Part shown: positions 32,504 through 45,105 of the stretch, one piece after another | Position numbering within the stretch: the stretch's first letter is position 1 | How the letters are laid out: each line of letters starts with the position of its first letter | Origin: Anaeromyxobacteraceae bacterium | GTDB taxonomy: Bacteria; Myxococcota; Myxococcia; Myxococcales; Anaeromyxobacteraceae | DNA length: 64,000 nucleotides | NCBI GenBank assembly: GCA_032654565.1 | Contig: JAULAX010000007.1 | Location: 96,001 to 160,000 of the forward strand | Reading direction: 5' to 3' | Program-made: the position numbers and the translations under genes | The notes under the pieces: model-generated | What the model was told of the DNA's origin: nothing | The model's input: only the letters and a program-made list of their open reading frames with translations | The model's database searches: none

Positions 32504-32600
32504 GGCGCAGCTCGTCACCCCCGGTCGCAGCAGGCTGGGGGTCATGGGAGGTGTCGAGGCCACCCCTTCCCAGGCCCCGCCCCGGCGCGGCGCCCACCCA

Positions 32601-32640
32601 GGAAGGAAGAAGGCCCCGCCGGCGGCTGCCGGCGAGGCCC
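32601..32640 (-). terminator. Terminator hairpin downstream of the S8 protease gene
   Basis: Minus strand GGCCTCGCCGGC-AGCC-GCCGGCGGGGCC followed by TTCTTCCTT. Confidence 0.6.
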
Positions 32641-32720
32641 TCGGTGTCCCAGGTTCCCGGCCACCCTCGGGGGGAGGCCGAAGGCCCGGGCGGACGGTGC
32701 CGCCCGGGACCTCTCCCTCG

Positions 32721-35700
32721 CTAGGCGCTGACCGGCTTCATCGAGCGGCGGCGCCGCCAGAGCAGCAGGCCGAGGCCGAGCAGCGAGAAGGCGGAGGAGC
32801 TGCCGCCGACGCTGCTGCAGCCGCTGGAGCCCTTGGGGCCCTGCGCGCCGGTGGCCCCGGTGGCACCCGTCGCGCCGGTGGCGCCGGTCGCGCCCGTGGC
32901 ACCCGGCGCGCCGTCACAGACGAACTCCGTGCTCATCACCTCGCCGGCCTGGAGCACGCCGTCGCGGTTGTTGTCGAGCCCGGTCTCGATCTTCTGGCCA
33001 CCGTGGGCGCAGTTGGTCCCGGCCGCCTCGGTGGTCACCAGGACCAGCGAGTTGAGCCCCGCCATGCCGCTGCAGACGTTGCTGGTGTTCAGCACCTCCG
33101 CCGCATCGAGCACGCCGTTCCGGTTGTCGTCGAACCCGGTGGTGATCTGCTGGCCACCGGCCGCGCAGGTGGCGCCGGGGGCGATGGCCGTCACCGCCAC
33201 CAGCTGCAGGTTGGGCTGGCAGTTGCCGTAGTCGGCGCTGCAGCTGTAGTGGGCCGGGCAGACCGGCCCGCCCGGCACGCGGCAGTCCGGCAGGACGCAG
33301 GTGCGCGTGCCGGTGGTGTCACAGTAGGCGCCGGCGCCGGTGCAGTCGCCGTTGGTGACGCAGCCCACGCAGGCGCCGCTGGCGATGTCGCAGACCGGCT
33401 TGGTGGGATACCCGGCGCAGCTGGCGTCGCTGGTGCAGGTCAGCCCCTCGATGGCCACCGTCTCGACCCGGTTGCCGAAGGCGTTGTGGTGGTGGAAGAG
33501 GAGCAGGCCGTTGCTGTTGCTGGCCCGGGCCACGTCGAGGTTGTAGCCGATGGGGAGCGAGCCGGGGAGGTCGGTCCAGGACGGCGCGTAGCCGGGGCCC
33601 ATCCCCAGGGCCGGATCGATGGTGCTGGAGATGGCCGAGAGCCTCGGGTCATAGCTCAGCACCGGGGACTGGTCGATGGGGAAGCCGAACGGCCCCCAGG
33701 TGACCACCTGGTACTCGATGGCGGAGCTGGCCGCCAGGTCGAGGCCGAGGCTGGCGCTGTAGACCGGCAGGACCATGGTGTCGCTCAGGAAGAGCGGGAT
33801 GGCGAGCCAGCCCGGAGGGGCGCCGTTGATGAAGTCCTCGATGGTGCCGGTCCCGGTGGTGAGGTTGAAGAGCCGGGAGACCGGGACGTCACTGGTGGCC
33901 CCGCCGCCGGCCCGGCCGTTGTCGGTGTTGTAGAGCACGTACTCCCAGCTGGGAGCCCCGACCTTGCGGATGTAGACGTCGAACTCCACCTCGCTCGGCG
34001 AGCCCCACATGCCCCAGGTGTTGACGGCGAAGTAGAGCTCGGTGCCTCCGACTCCCAGCGTGCCGACGTCGGCGTAGTTGCTGGTCACGCCCACGTAGCG
34101 GAGGTTGGCGAAGTCGGTCTCCGCCGCCACGTAGCCGGAGGGGAGCCAGTTGCCGACCGGCGGCGCCTTGGGGCTGGCGTAGGCCAGCTCGAAGGGGGTC
34201 ACCACCGAGACCACGTCACCTTCGGACGCGGCGACGTTGTTCACGCCGGTGCCGACCAGGGTCAGCGAGCCGGTCCCGGAGGGGCGGAGCTTGGTGGCCA
34301 GGGGGCCGGCGGTGCGCATGGTGGAGGCCGGCCGGGGGGCGCCGTAGTACGGGACGCGCAGCACGGTGGCCCCGCCCTGCTGCAGCAGGAGGTAGCCGGC
34401 CGCCTCGGAGAGCCAGTCGCGGCCGCCGTTGTTGGCGGAGATGGCGGGATCGCGGAGCCGGAACATGGCGGCGGGATCGGCGTCGAGCTTGAGCGTGACC
34501 TCGGCGGTGCCGCCGGGCGGGACGGTCACCGAGGTCGCGCCGGCGGTGACCGTGACCCCAGCGGGGGCCCGCACCGCGTCGACGGCGACGTCGAAGGTGG
34601 CGGCGGCCGCGCCGGTGTTCTGGAGCTGGACGGTGTGGGTCTCGCTGGCCACCGCGGTCACGTCGGAGGTGGCGAAGGTGACGCTGACCCGCTCCGGGGA
34701 GGCCTTGTCATAGGCGATGACGGAGCTGGCGAAAGCCCGGACGGCGTCGATGCGGCCGGCGCCGACGCGGGACGGGCCCGCCCGGTACCTGGTGGTGGCC
34801 GTGGTCGGGGCGTTGAAGAGGTCGTGGGCCGCGGTGTTCATGAGCAGCGCCTTCAGCTGGGCCGGGGTCCAGGTCGGGTGCTGCTGCTTCAGGAGCGCCA
34901 CCACGCCGGTGGTGAGCGGGGCGGCCATGGAGGTGCCGCTCATGGTGGTGCCGAGGTAGCCGCTCCCCATGGCGGTGGAGACGACGTTGCTGCCGGGCGC
35001 CGCCACGTCGGGCTTCAGCATGGCCTGGTTGAGGGAGCGGCTCGGGCCGCGCGAGCTGAAGGTGGCCATGGTGTCGATCTTGGTGAGGTCCTGGAAGACC
35101 GTGAAGTCGTCCATGGTGACGTTGACGACCGACGGGACCGCCAGGGCGGCGTTGAAGGCGACGCCGTCGGCCTGGCTGATGGAGCGGGTCGGGATGGTGA
35201 TGGGCGTCGGGGTGGCCACGGCCGCCATGCCGGGCGGGTCACCTGCGGCGTTGTTGGTGATGATGACCGCGATGGCGCCCGCCTGCTGCGCCGCCCAGGT
35301 CTTCAGCGCGAAGCTGCAGGTGCCGCGGGCGACCAGCGCGATCTTGCCCGTCAGGTCGTTGGTGATGCCGCCGGTGGTGGCGTTGAGGCAGCCGTTGGCC
35401 GGGACCGATGCCGCCACGTCGCCGGTGATGGCCGTCCAGCTGGACGGGCCGAAGGCGGCCGTGCCCGCCGCCTTCAACCCCGCCAGCGAGGCCGGAGCGT
35501 TGACGCGGAGGCCGGAAGACTCGCCGACGCTGGTGGCCGCCACGCTGATGACCGAGGGCGTGGAGCCGGGGGCGCCGGTGATGAAGTAGACGTCGTTGGA
35601 GTTGCCGGCCGAGGCCACCACCACCACGCCGGCGTTGACGGCGTTGGTGTAGATGGCCGCCTCGGCGTCGGCGGAGGTGCCGAAGCCGGAGCCGAGCGAG

Positions 35701-36761
35701 AGGTTGACCACGTCGAGGTGGTCGGAGAAGTCGCCGTCGCCGTTCGGATCGGTGGCCCACTCCATGGCCAGCGCCGCCAGCGAGGTGCTGCCGGTGTTGC
35801 CGAAGACCTTGAGGGCGTAGAGCGAGGCCATGGGGGCCGCGCCGGGGCCGATGCGCAGGTTGGTGAGGTCGAAGGAGGCGTCGTACGGTCCGGAGAAGGG
35901 GGCGCCGCCGATCTTCACGCCGTAGCCGGCGATGGTGCCGGCGACGTGCGAGCCGTGGCCGTTGCCGTCGAGGGGGTTGGGGTCGGGCTGCGGCGTGTTG
36001 ATGGCCGGGTTGGCGGAGTTGGCGTCATAGGCCGCGCCGGCGAAGTCCCAGCCGCCCACCACCTTGGTGGTGGGGAAGACGCCCGGGCCGATGGCCACCT
36101 GGTTGACGGCGGCGTAGGCGGCCACGGTGCCGGGGCCGCCGAAGTTGGCGTGGGTGTAGTCGATGCCGGTGTCGATGACGCCGACCTTGACGTTCTCGCC
36201 GTGGAGGGGGACGCCGGCGCTCCAGAGCTGCGGCACGCCCACGAACGGGACGCCGTAGGCGTTGTCCAGCTCCTGGGGCTTGAGCATGTGGACGGCGCGG
36301 GAGCCGGGGACGGCGCGCAGCCGCTCCAGGCCGGCGGCGTCGGTCCGGTAGAGGATGCCGTTGAAGACCCGCTGCAGCCGGTAGAGCTCGGCGGTGGCGG
36401 GGATGGCGGCGGCGGCGACCTGCTGGGCGAAGGTGCCCTGCTCGGACGTCACCGAGGCGAGCTGGCTGACGGCGGCGGCGGTGGCGTCGGCGGTGGTGCC
36501 GAGTCCGGCGCTGGCGCGGGCCAGCCGGGCGCGGTACGGCACCGCGGCGGCAGCCTGGGTCAGCTCGACCAGCGCATAGACCGGCGCGGCCTGGCGGCCG
36601 GCCGCGGTGGCCTGGGGGCGGCTGGAGGCGGCGGCCACGGCGGCGACCGGCGGCCCGGCCACGGCGGCGGCCGGGTCGGAGGGCCGGCTGGCGCAGGCTG
36701 CAGCAACCGCCAGCAGGGAGACCACGAACAAACGGGAAATTCCGTGCCTAGAAGTAGTCAT
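32721..36761 (-). CDS. S8 (subtilisin-like) serine protease with PA domain, Cys-rich region, collagen-like segment and MYXO-CTERM-like tail
   Basis: Catalytic triad VIDTG / HGSHVAG / GTSMAAP; PA motif GKIALVARGTCSF; signal with VAAAC lipobox-like site; tail GCSS...[23 protein letters not shown]. Confidence 0.92.
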   Translation of the reverse strand: MTTSRHGISRLFVVSLLAVAAACASRPSDPAAAVAGPPVAAVAAASSRPQATAAGRQAAPVYALVELTQAAAAVPYRARLARASAGLGTTADATAAAVSQLASVTSEQGTFAQQVAAAAIPATAELYRLQRVFNGILYRTDAAGLERLRAVPGSRAVHMLKPQELDNAYGVPFVGVPQLWSAGVPLHGENVKVGVIDTGIDYTHANFGGPGTVAAYAAVNQVAIGPGVFPTTKVVGGWDFAGAAYDANSANPAINTPQPDPNPLDGNGHGSHVAGTIAGYGVKIGGAPFSGPYDASFDLTNLRIGPGAAPMASLYALKVFGNTGSTSLAALAMEWATDPNGDGDFSDHLDVVNLSLGSGFGTSADAEAAIYTNAVNAGVVVVASAGNSNDVYFITGAPGSTPSVISVAATSVGESSGLRVNAPASLAGLKAAGTAAFGPSSWTAITGDVAASVPANGCLNATTGGITNDLTGKIALVARGTCSFALKTWAAQQAGAIAVIITNNAAGDPPGMAAVATPTPITIPTRSISQADGVAFNAALAVPSVVNVTMDDFTVFQDLTKIDTMATFSSRGPSRSLNQAMLKPDVAAPGSNVVSTAMGSGYLGTTMSGTSMAAPLTTGVVALLKQQHPTWTPAQLKALLMNTAAHDLFNAPTTATTRYRAGPSRVGAGRIDAVRAFASSVIAYDKASPERVSVTFATSDVTAVASETHTVQLQNTGAAAATFDVAVDAVRAPAGVTVTAGATSVTVPPGGTAEVTLKLDADPAAMFRLRDPAISANNGGRDWLSEAAGYLLLQQGGATVLRVPYYGAPRPASTMRTAGPLATKLRPSGTGSLTLVGTGVNNVAASEGDVVSVVTPFELAYASPKAPPVGNWLPSGYVAAETDFANLRYVGVTSNYADVGTLGVGGTELYFAVNTWGMWGSPSEVEFDVYIRKVGAPSWEYVLYNTDNGRAGGGATSDVPVSRLFNLTTGTGTIEDFINGAPPGWLAIPLFLSDTMVLPVYSASLGLDLAASSAIEYQVVTWGPFGFPIDQSPVLSYDPRLSAISSTIDPALGMGPGYAPSWTDLPGSLPIGYNLDVARASNSNGLLLFHHHNAFGNRVETVAIEGLTCTSDASCAGYPTKPVCDIASGACVGCVTNGDCTGAGAYCDTTGTRTCVLPDCRVPGGPVCPAHYSCSADYGNCQPNLQLVAVTAIAPGATCAAGGQQITTGFDDNRNGVLDAAEVLNTSNVCSGMAGLNSLVLVTTEAAGTNCAHGGQKIETGLDNNRDGVLQAGEVMSTEFVCDGAPGATGATGATGATGATGATGAQGPKGSSGCSSVGGSSSAFSLLGLGLLLWRRRRSMKPVSA
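32832..32912 (-). repeat. Collagen-like Gly-X-Y repeat within the S8 gene
   Basis: GAP-(GAT)6-GAQ-GPK. Confidence 0.85.
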
Positions 36762-37000
36762 GCACTCCTCCAACAGGAATCGGGGTGGCCCTCGGGGGAG
36801 GGCCTTGAGGGGAGACGAAAATAATGCGTGCGACGGCGGTAGCACGCGCCGCCAGCGGCGACAAACGGTCCCGCTACCACAACCCAAACGGGTATCAACA
36901 CGCACCCGATTTGGGGGGGATCGTGTCACTCGATCAAGGGGGAGGGGCGCTGCGGGCTCCAGCTGCCTGGACAGCGGGCGCCGCGGGCCACCGCGGCCGG

Positions 37001-37333
37001 CTAGAGCGTCCCGACCGCCCGCAGGGTGGCCCAGGTGAAGAGGCCGGTGGAGTGGCCGTCGGACCAGTCGATCTTGACGGCGTAGTTGCCGACCGGCTCG
37101 ATGGCCAGCGGCCGGATGTCGTCCGGGACGGTGGCCGGGTCGAGCAGCTTCTTGCCGGTCATCTCCTCGACGCAGCCGGCGCATGGGCAGGCGCAGCGCA
37201 GCTTCATGGCCGGGATGGTCACCTGCTCGCCGCCCGGCCAGGAGACCTGGATGGCCTGGTCGGCGGTGACGTCGATGGCCTCCGGCGGACTGGAGGTGTG
37301 CTTCTGCAGGGTGATGCGGTCGAGGAGTCCCAT
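37001..37333 (-). CDS. DUF971 (GBBH N-terminal-like) protein
   Basis: LRCACPCAGC and VGNYAVKIDWSDGHSTGLFTW motifs. Confidence 0.88.
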   Translation of the reverse strand: MGLLDRITLQKHTSSPPEAIDVTADQAIQVSWPGGEQVTIPAMKLRCACPCAGCVEEMTGKKLLDPATVPDDIRPLAIEPVGNYAVKIDWSDGHSTGLFTWATLRAVGTL

Positions 37334-37368
37334 GGCGACCCACTGAATGGCGCGGCGCGGGGCCCGCG

Positions 37369-38106
37369 TCAAGCCGATCGGGCCAGCTCGGCCAGCAGGC
37401 TGGAGCGATCCTCGAGCGGGAAGGTGCAGGGCGGGCCGTCGGCGGCGTAGAGCTCGGCGTGGCGCAGGTCGGCCGTCAACCGGACGATGGCCGCAGAGCG
37501 GGTGCCGTAGTGCGGCTCGACGTGGAGGCAGGTGGGGGCGGGGTGGGGCGGGGCGTGGAGCGAGAGCAGCTCGCGCAGCCGGGACGGGGCCGGGTCGACA
37601 GGCCAGCGGGTCCGCACCAGCTCGCCGCGGAGGCCGAGCCCGTGCGGGGAGTCCTCGGTGACCACGTGCAGGCCAGGACCGAGCGGCTCCACCCCGGCGG
37701 CCTCGCCGTCGTACCACCAGAGGAAGGCCGAGGCGGCGTCGGCCACCACCAGGTGGAAGGGGTTGAAGGCCGAGGGGTCGAGCGGCGCCAGCGCCTCCCG
37801 CGCCGCCGCGGCGGTGGGGGCCTCGAGCGCCCGCGGCACCAGCTCGCCGCGGGAGCGCCGGGCCGGGTCGGGGTACCAGTCGAAGGGGGCGTGGAAGTTG
37901 GTGAGCGCCGCCAGCACGCCGCGCCCGGAGAGGCCGATCCAGGTGCCGCCGGCCAGGGCGTCGCGGGGGCCGACCCAGCGGACGCCGCCCGGGGTGCGGC
38001 GCGGCGCCCAGCCCTCGGCCGCCCGCCCCAGCCGCTCGTCGCGGTTGGCGGCCACCACCACCGGCCAGCGCCGGTCGACGCCGAGCGCCAGGGCGAGCGT
38101 GCACAC
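37369..38106 (-). CDS. NRDE/TANGO2 family protein
   Basis: N-terminal MC, ANRDE, GGTW, SRGEL and YGTRS motifs. Confidence 0.9.
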   Translation of the reverse strand: MCTLALALGVDRRWPVVVAANRDERLGRAAEGWAPRRTPGGVRWVGPRDALAGGTWIGLSGRGVLAALTNFHAPFDWYPDPARRSRGELVPRALEAPTAAAAREALAPLDPSAFNPFHLVVADAASAFLWWYDGEAAGVEPLGPGLHVVTEDSPHGLGLRGELVRTRWPVDPAPSRLRELLSLHAPPHPAPTCLHVEPHYGTRSAAIVRLTADLRHAELYAADGPPCTFPLEDRSSLLAELARSA

Positions 38107-38130
38107 GGCGAGGTGGTCCCTCGCCGCGCC

Positions 38131-39912
38131 CTACTTCACGGCGCGGGCGCGCTTGACCCGGTCCAGCAGCATGTCGCGCTGCAGGCTGATGGGGCGGGGC
38201 AGGGTCTTGCCGAGCTTGTCGAACCACTCCTGCTGGCTCTCCAGCTCGGTCTCCCACTCGCCGAGGTCGACGTCCATGATCTTGCTGACCGCGTCGGCGG
38301 TGAGGTCGAGGCCGTTCAGGTTGATGTCCTCGGCGCGCGGCACGTGGCCCACCAGCGTCTCCTTGGCGGTGACCCGGCCGTGGCTGCGCTCCAGGATCCA
38401 CTTGAGGACCCGCATGTTGTCGCCGTAGCCCGGCCACATGAACTTGCCGGCGGCGTCCTTGCGGAACCAGTTGACCATGAAGACCTTGGGCGGGTTGGGG
38501 ATCCGCCCCTGCATGTCGAGCCAGTGCTGCAGGTAGGTGCCGGCGTCGTAGCCGATGAAGGGCAGCATGGCCATGGGGTCACGGCGCACGCCCTCCTTGA
38601 GGCCGACGGCGGCGGCGGTGGTCTCCGAGCCCATGGTGGCGCCCATGAAGACGCCGTGGGTCCAGTTGAAGGCCTCCAGCACCAGCGGCACGGTGGTGGA
38701 GCGGCGGCCGCCGAAGATGATGGCCGAGATGGGCACGCCGGCCGGGTCGTCAACCTTGGAGGAGAGGGCCGGGTTGTTGGCGGCCGGCGCGGTGAAGCGG
38801 CTGTTGGGGTGGGCCGCCTTGTCCTTGGAGCCCTTCTTCCAGGGGTCGCCCTTCCAGTCGATGAGCTCGTCGGGGGCCTCGGTGTCCCAGCCCTCCCACC
38901 AGATGTCGCCGTCCTTGGTGCGGGCCACGTTGGTGAAGAGCGAGTCCTTGCGGACGCTCTCCATGGCGTTGGGGTTGGTCTTGCGGTTGGTGCCCGGGGC
39001 CACGCCGAAGTAGCCGTTCTCCGGGTTGACGGCCCAGAGCTGCCCGTTCTCGCCGACCCGCATCCAGGCGATGTCGTCGCCCACGGTCCGGATCTTCCAC
39101 CCCTCGAAGGTCTGGGGGGGGATCATCATGGCGAAGTTGGTCTTGCCGCAGGCCGAGGGGAAGGCGGCGGCCACGTAGCTGATCTCGCCCAGCGGGCTCT
39201 CGGCCTCGAGGATGAGCATGTGCTCGGCGAGCCAGCCCTCCTTCTTGGCCAGGTAGCTGCCGATGCGCAGGGCCAGGCACTTCTTGCCGAGCAGGGCGTT
39301 GCCGCCGTAGCCGGAGCCCACCGACCAGATGGCGTTGTCCTGGGGGAAGTGGCAGATCCAGCGCCGGTCGGGGTTGCTGTCGGCGACCGAGTGCAGCCCC
39401 TTGTTGAACTCGCCGCTGGTGCCGAGCCGGTCCAGGGCCACCTTGCCCATGCGGGTCATGATCCCCATGTTGAGGGCGACGTAGACCGAGTCGGTCAGCT
39501 CGATGCCGACCTTGGAGAAGGGCGAGGTGGCGGGCCCCATGATGTAGGGCACCACGTACATGGTGCGCCCCTTCATGCAGCCGTCGTAGATGGCGCTGAG
39601 CTTGGCGTAGGCCTCGGCGGGGGCCATCCAGTTGTTGGTGGGGCCGGCCTCCTCCTTGGTCGGCGTGCAGATCACCGTGAGGTGCTCGACGCGCGCCACG
39701 TCGTTCTGGTTGGAGTGGTGGTAGTAGCAGTCCGGCCACTTCTTCTGGTCGAGCGGGATGAGGATCTTGGCCGCCACCGCCTCGGCGGTGAACCGCTTCT
39801 TCTCGGCGTCGCTGCCGTCGCACCAGACGATGGCGTCCGGCTTGGTGAGCTTGGCGGTCTCCTCCACCCAGCGGAGGAGGGCGGCGTGCTGCGTCGGGGC
39901 GGTCTGTGCCAT
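38131..39912 (-). CDS. pckG: Phosphoenolpyruvate carboxykinase (GTP)
   Basis: GSGYGGNALLGKKC, FPSACGKTNFAM, VGDDIAW and AHPNSRFT motifs. Confidence 0.97.
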   Translation of the reverse strand: MAQTAPTQHAALLRWVEETAKLTKPDAIVWCDGSDAEKKRFTAEAVAAKILIPLDQKKWPDCYYHHSNQNDVARVEHLTVICTPTKEEAGPTNNWMAPAEAYAKLSAIYDGCMKGRTMYVVPYIMGPATSPFSKVGIELTDSVYVALNMGIMTRMGKVALDRLGTSGEFNKGLHSVADSNPDRRWICHFPQDNAIWSVGSGYGGNALLGKKCLALRIGSYLAKKEGWLAEHMLILEAESPLGEISYVAAAFPSACGKTNFAMMIPPQTFEGWKIRTVGDDIAWMRVGENGQLWAVNPENGYFGVAPGTNRKTNPNAMESVRKDSLFTNVARTKDGDIWWEGWDTEAPDELIDWKGDPWKKGSKDKAAHPNSRFTAPAANNPALSSKVDDPAGVPISAIIFGGRRSTTVPLVLEAFNWTHGVFMGATMGSETTAAAVGLKEGVRRDPMAMLPFIGYDAGTYLQHWLDMQGRIPNPPKVFMVNWFRKDAAGKFMWPGYGDNMRVLKWILERSHGRVTAKETLVGHVPRAEDINLNGLDLTADAVSKIMDVDLGEWETELESQQEWFDKLGKTLPRPISLQRDMLLDRVKRARAVK

Positions 39913-40057
39913 CGGGGGGATCCTCGTCGGTCGTCGGAGGGGGCAGCGGGGCCCGCAGGCACGGCGCCACGCGGGAGCCGGAGGCTATCGCACACCCGGG
40001 TCGGCTTCCAGCGGGAATGGGGATGCCGCGCCGCGGCGCGGTCCCCCGGTCCGGCCC

Positions 40058-41749
40058 CTACTTCTGCTCGAGCTTGCGCTTGAGCAGATCCCCGAGCGTT
40101 CCGAAGCCCTTGCCGCCGCCCACCGGCTTCGACGCCTCCATGTAGGCCCGGGCGTCGGCCCGCTCGGCGGCGTCGACGGCGCCGGTCTTGGAGAGCCGGA
40201 AGCGCCCCTGCTCGTCGATCTGGAGCACCAGCGCCGGGAAGGCGTCGCCCACCTTGAAGGCGCGCCGCAGGTCGGTGCCGTGCGGGGTGCCGCTCTCCGA
40301 GGCCGGGACCAGGCCGCGCCCGCCGGCGAACTTCACGAAGAGGCCGAAGGACTCGATCTTGTCGACAGCCGCCTCGACCACGTCGCCGGCCCGGGGGGGC
40401 GGCGGCGGCGCGGGACGGGCCGGCCGGTCCGGCCGCGGCTCGGCCGCCTTGGGCTCGGGGCGCGGGATCAGCGCCTTGACCGAGAGCGAGATGCGCTCGC
40501 CCTTCTTCTGGTCCTCGTCGATGCGCAGCACCGTGACGGTGACCTGGTCGCCGCTCTTGAGCAGGTCCTGCGGCTTGGAGACCCGGTCCCAGGCCAGCTC
40601 GGAGACGTGCACCAGCCCCTCGATGCCGCCCAGGTCGACGAAGGCGCCGTAGTCCTGGACGCTGGTGACGGTCCCCTCGAAGACGGCGCCGGCGGCGAGC
40701 CGCTGGCGGGTGGCCTGGGCCTTCTCGGCCCGCTCCTCCTCGAGCAGCGCCCGGCGCGACAGCACCACGTCGCGGTCGTCGGCCTTCTGCACGCGGAAGT
40801 GGAGCTTCTGGCCGATCAGGGTGGTGGCGTCGCCGACGAAGCGGACGTCGATCTGCGACATGGGGCAGAAGGCCCGCACCCCGTTGACCTCCACCTCGAT
40901 GCCCCCCTTGTTGACCGCCTTGACCATCCCCTCGACCGGCAGGCCGGTCTCGACGGCGCCAGAGAGCGCCTCGCGGGCGTGGTCGCGGGTGACCGAGCTG
41001 GCGCGGCCGATGGAGACCTGCACCCCCCGGTCGCCGCCCTTCACCACCACGGCGTCGAGGATGTCGCCGACCCGGGCGGTGACGTTCCCCCCGGCGTCGT
41101 GCAGCTCGACGGTCTCGATGAGCCCGTCGGCCAGGCCGCTGCCCAGGTCGAGGAAGGTGACCTCGTCCCCCACCTGGATGATCTTGCCGGCCACCTTCTC
41201 GCCGGCCTTGAAGCGGCGGCGGGCCGGGGAGCTGCCCCCGGTGGAGGCGAGCAGGTCGGCGAAGGAGCCCTCGTCCTCCACCTGGGCCTCGGGGACCGGC
41301 GGCGGCTCGCCGGCGGGGAGGTGCGCGGCCGGGGCGTCGGCGCTCATCGAGTCGTGCTGGCGCGGGCGGTCCCGGTCGCCGCGCGGGCGGTCGCCCCGCG
41401 GCCGGTCGCCGGACGGACGGCCGGCGGGCGGGCGGTCGCCGGGCGGGCGGCTGCCCCCCGGACGTGCGCCGGGCGGACGGTCGCCGGGCGGACGGTCGCC
41501 AGACGGGCGGCCGGAGGGCGGACGGCTCACCGGGGCGGCGCCGACCGGCGGGGCGGCCCCGGCCTCGGCGGCCCGCTTCTCGTCGGCCAGCCGCTGCCAG
41601 AGCGGGCGGTCGTCGCGGGGGGCCGGCGCGGCGGCGGACGGCTCGATCGACTCGACCACGGTCGGCTCGATGAGGGTCCCGGGAGGCGGCGGCTTCAGGT
41701 GCCCCTTGCGAATCACCACGGGGCCGGTGGGCTTCTTCTCGTCAGTCAT
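40058..41749 (-). CDS. Multi-S1-domain RNA-binding protein (RpsA-like) with long low-complexity N-terminus
   Basis: RAFCPMSQID and DYGAFVDLGGIEGLVHVSEL S1 motifs; C-terminal GFGTLGDLL. Confidence 0.88.
   Translation of the reverse strand: MTDEKKPTGPVVIRKGHLKPPPPGTLIEPTVVESIEPSAAAPAPRDDRPLWQRLADEKRAAEAGAAPPVGAAPVSRPPSGRPSGDRPPGDRPPGARPGGSRPPGDRPPAGRPSGDRPRGDRPRGDRDRPRQHDSMSADAPAAHLPAGEPPPVPEAQVEDEGSFADLLASTGGSSPARRRFKAGEKVAGKIIQVGDEVTFLDLGSGLADGLIETVELHDAGGNVTARVGDILDAVVVKGGDRGVQVSIGRASSVTRDHAREALSGAVETGLPVEGMVKAVNKGGIEVEVNGVRAFCPMSQIDVRFVGDATTLIGQKLHFRVQKADDRDVVLSRRALLEEERAEKAQATRQRLAAGAVFEGTVTSVQDYGAFVDLGGIEGLVHVSELAWDRVSKPQDLLKSGDQVTVTVLRIDEDQKKGERISLSVKALIPRPEPKAAEPRPDRPARPAPPPPPRAGDVVEAAVDKIESFGLFVKFAGGRGLVPASESGTPHGTDLRRAFKVGDAFPALVLQIDEQGRFRLSKTGAVDAAERADARAYMEASKPVGGGKGFGTLGDLLKRKLEQK
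41373..41525 (-). repeat. About 10 tandem 15-nt repeats encoding RP(P/S/R)G(D/A)-like pentapeptides
   Basis: RPPSG RPSGD RPPGD RPPGA RPGGS RPPGD RPPAG RPSGD RPRGD RPRGD. Confidence 0.85.
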
Positions 41750-41851
41750 AGGGCGGGGGACGCATAGCACACGCGAATTGGCGGGGAAAACCGGTTCGAC
41801 CGGCCCGGCGGGCGAGGTGACGCCGCCGGGGGAGTCCGCTACAACGCCTCC

Positions 41852-42196
41852 ATGTCCGGCCGCACCGTGATCTTCCTCTCCAGCGCCGCCCCCCACGCCC
41901 TCCGCTCGGCCGGCTCCTGCGCGCTGGCGGCGGTGGCCGTGGAGCAGCGGGTCGACGTCTTCCTCACCGGCCCGGCGGTGGTGGCGGTGGTGGGGGCGCA
42001 CGACGGCGAGGCCGACGACCCGGCGGCGCTGCTCCAGCAGGCCCGGCGGGGTGGCGCCCGGCTCATCGCCTGCTCCGCCAGCGTGGTGGAGCAGAAGGTG
42101 GCGCTGGCCGAGGCCGAGGTGGCGCTCGACGCCGTGGTCGGCTGGCCGACCATCCTGGAGTGGTCGCGGGGCGTCGTCGAACGGTTCAGCTTCTAG
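41852..42196 (+). CDS. DsrE/peroxiredoxin-like family protein
   Basis: VDVFLTGPAV and LIACSAS pattern; 114 aa. Confidence 0.7.
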   Translation: MSGRTVIFLSSAAPHALRSAGSCALAAVAVEQRVDVFLTGPAVVAVVGAHDGEADDPAALLQQARRGGARLIACSASVVEQKVALAEAEVALDAVVGWPTILEWSRGVVERFSF

Positions 42197-42197
42197 C

Positions 42198-42258
42198 CAG
42201 TCGCGTCGGGGCCGGCCTCTGGTGGCCCCGACGCAAGCTTCGAGCAGGGCCTCCTGCC
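42198..42258 (+). repeat. Palindromic dispersed element, copy A
   Basis: CAGTC-GCGTCGGGGCC-GGCCTCTGGT-GGCCCCGACGC-AAGCTTCGAGCAG...TCCTGCC. Confidence 0.8.
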
Positions 42259-42340
42259 TCCCGGTCCCGGTGGCCCGACAACTCGGCGGCGCACCCGGCG
42301 GGGCCTCGCGCCGGACCGGCGGCGCCGTTAGGCTTGGTGG

Positions 42341-45067
<2,727 letters not shown>

Positions 45068-45105
45068 CGGAGAAGGCGCCCCGAGGCGTGGGCCGTCCGG
45101 AGAGG

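Noticed and set aside
32504..32720. tmRNA (ssrA) after smpB
   Set aside because: Too short, with no tRNA-like ends or tag reading frame visible.
32544..36824. 1426-aa plus-strand ORF
   Set aside because: Antisense shadow of the S8 protease gene caused by high GC; no recognisable motifs.
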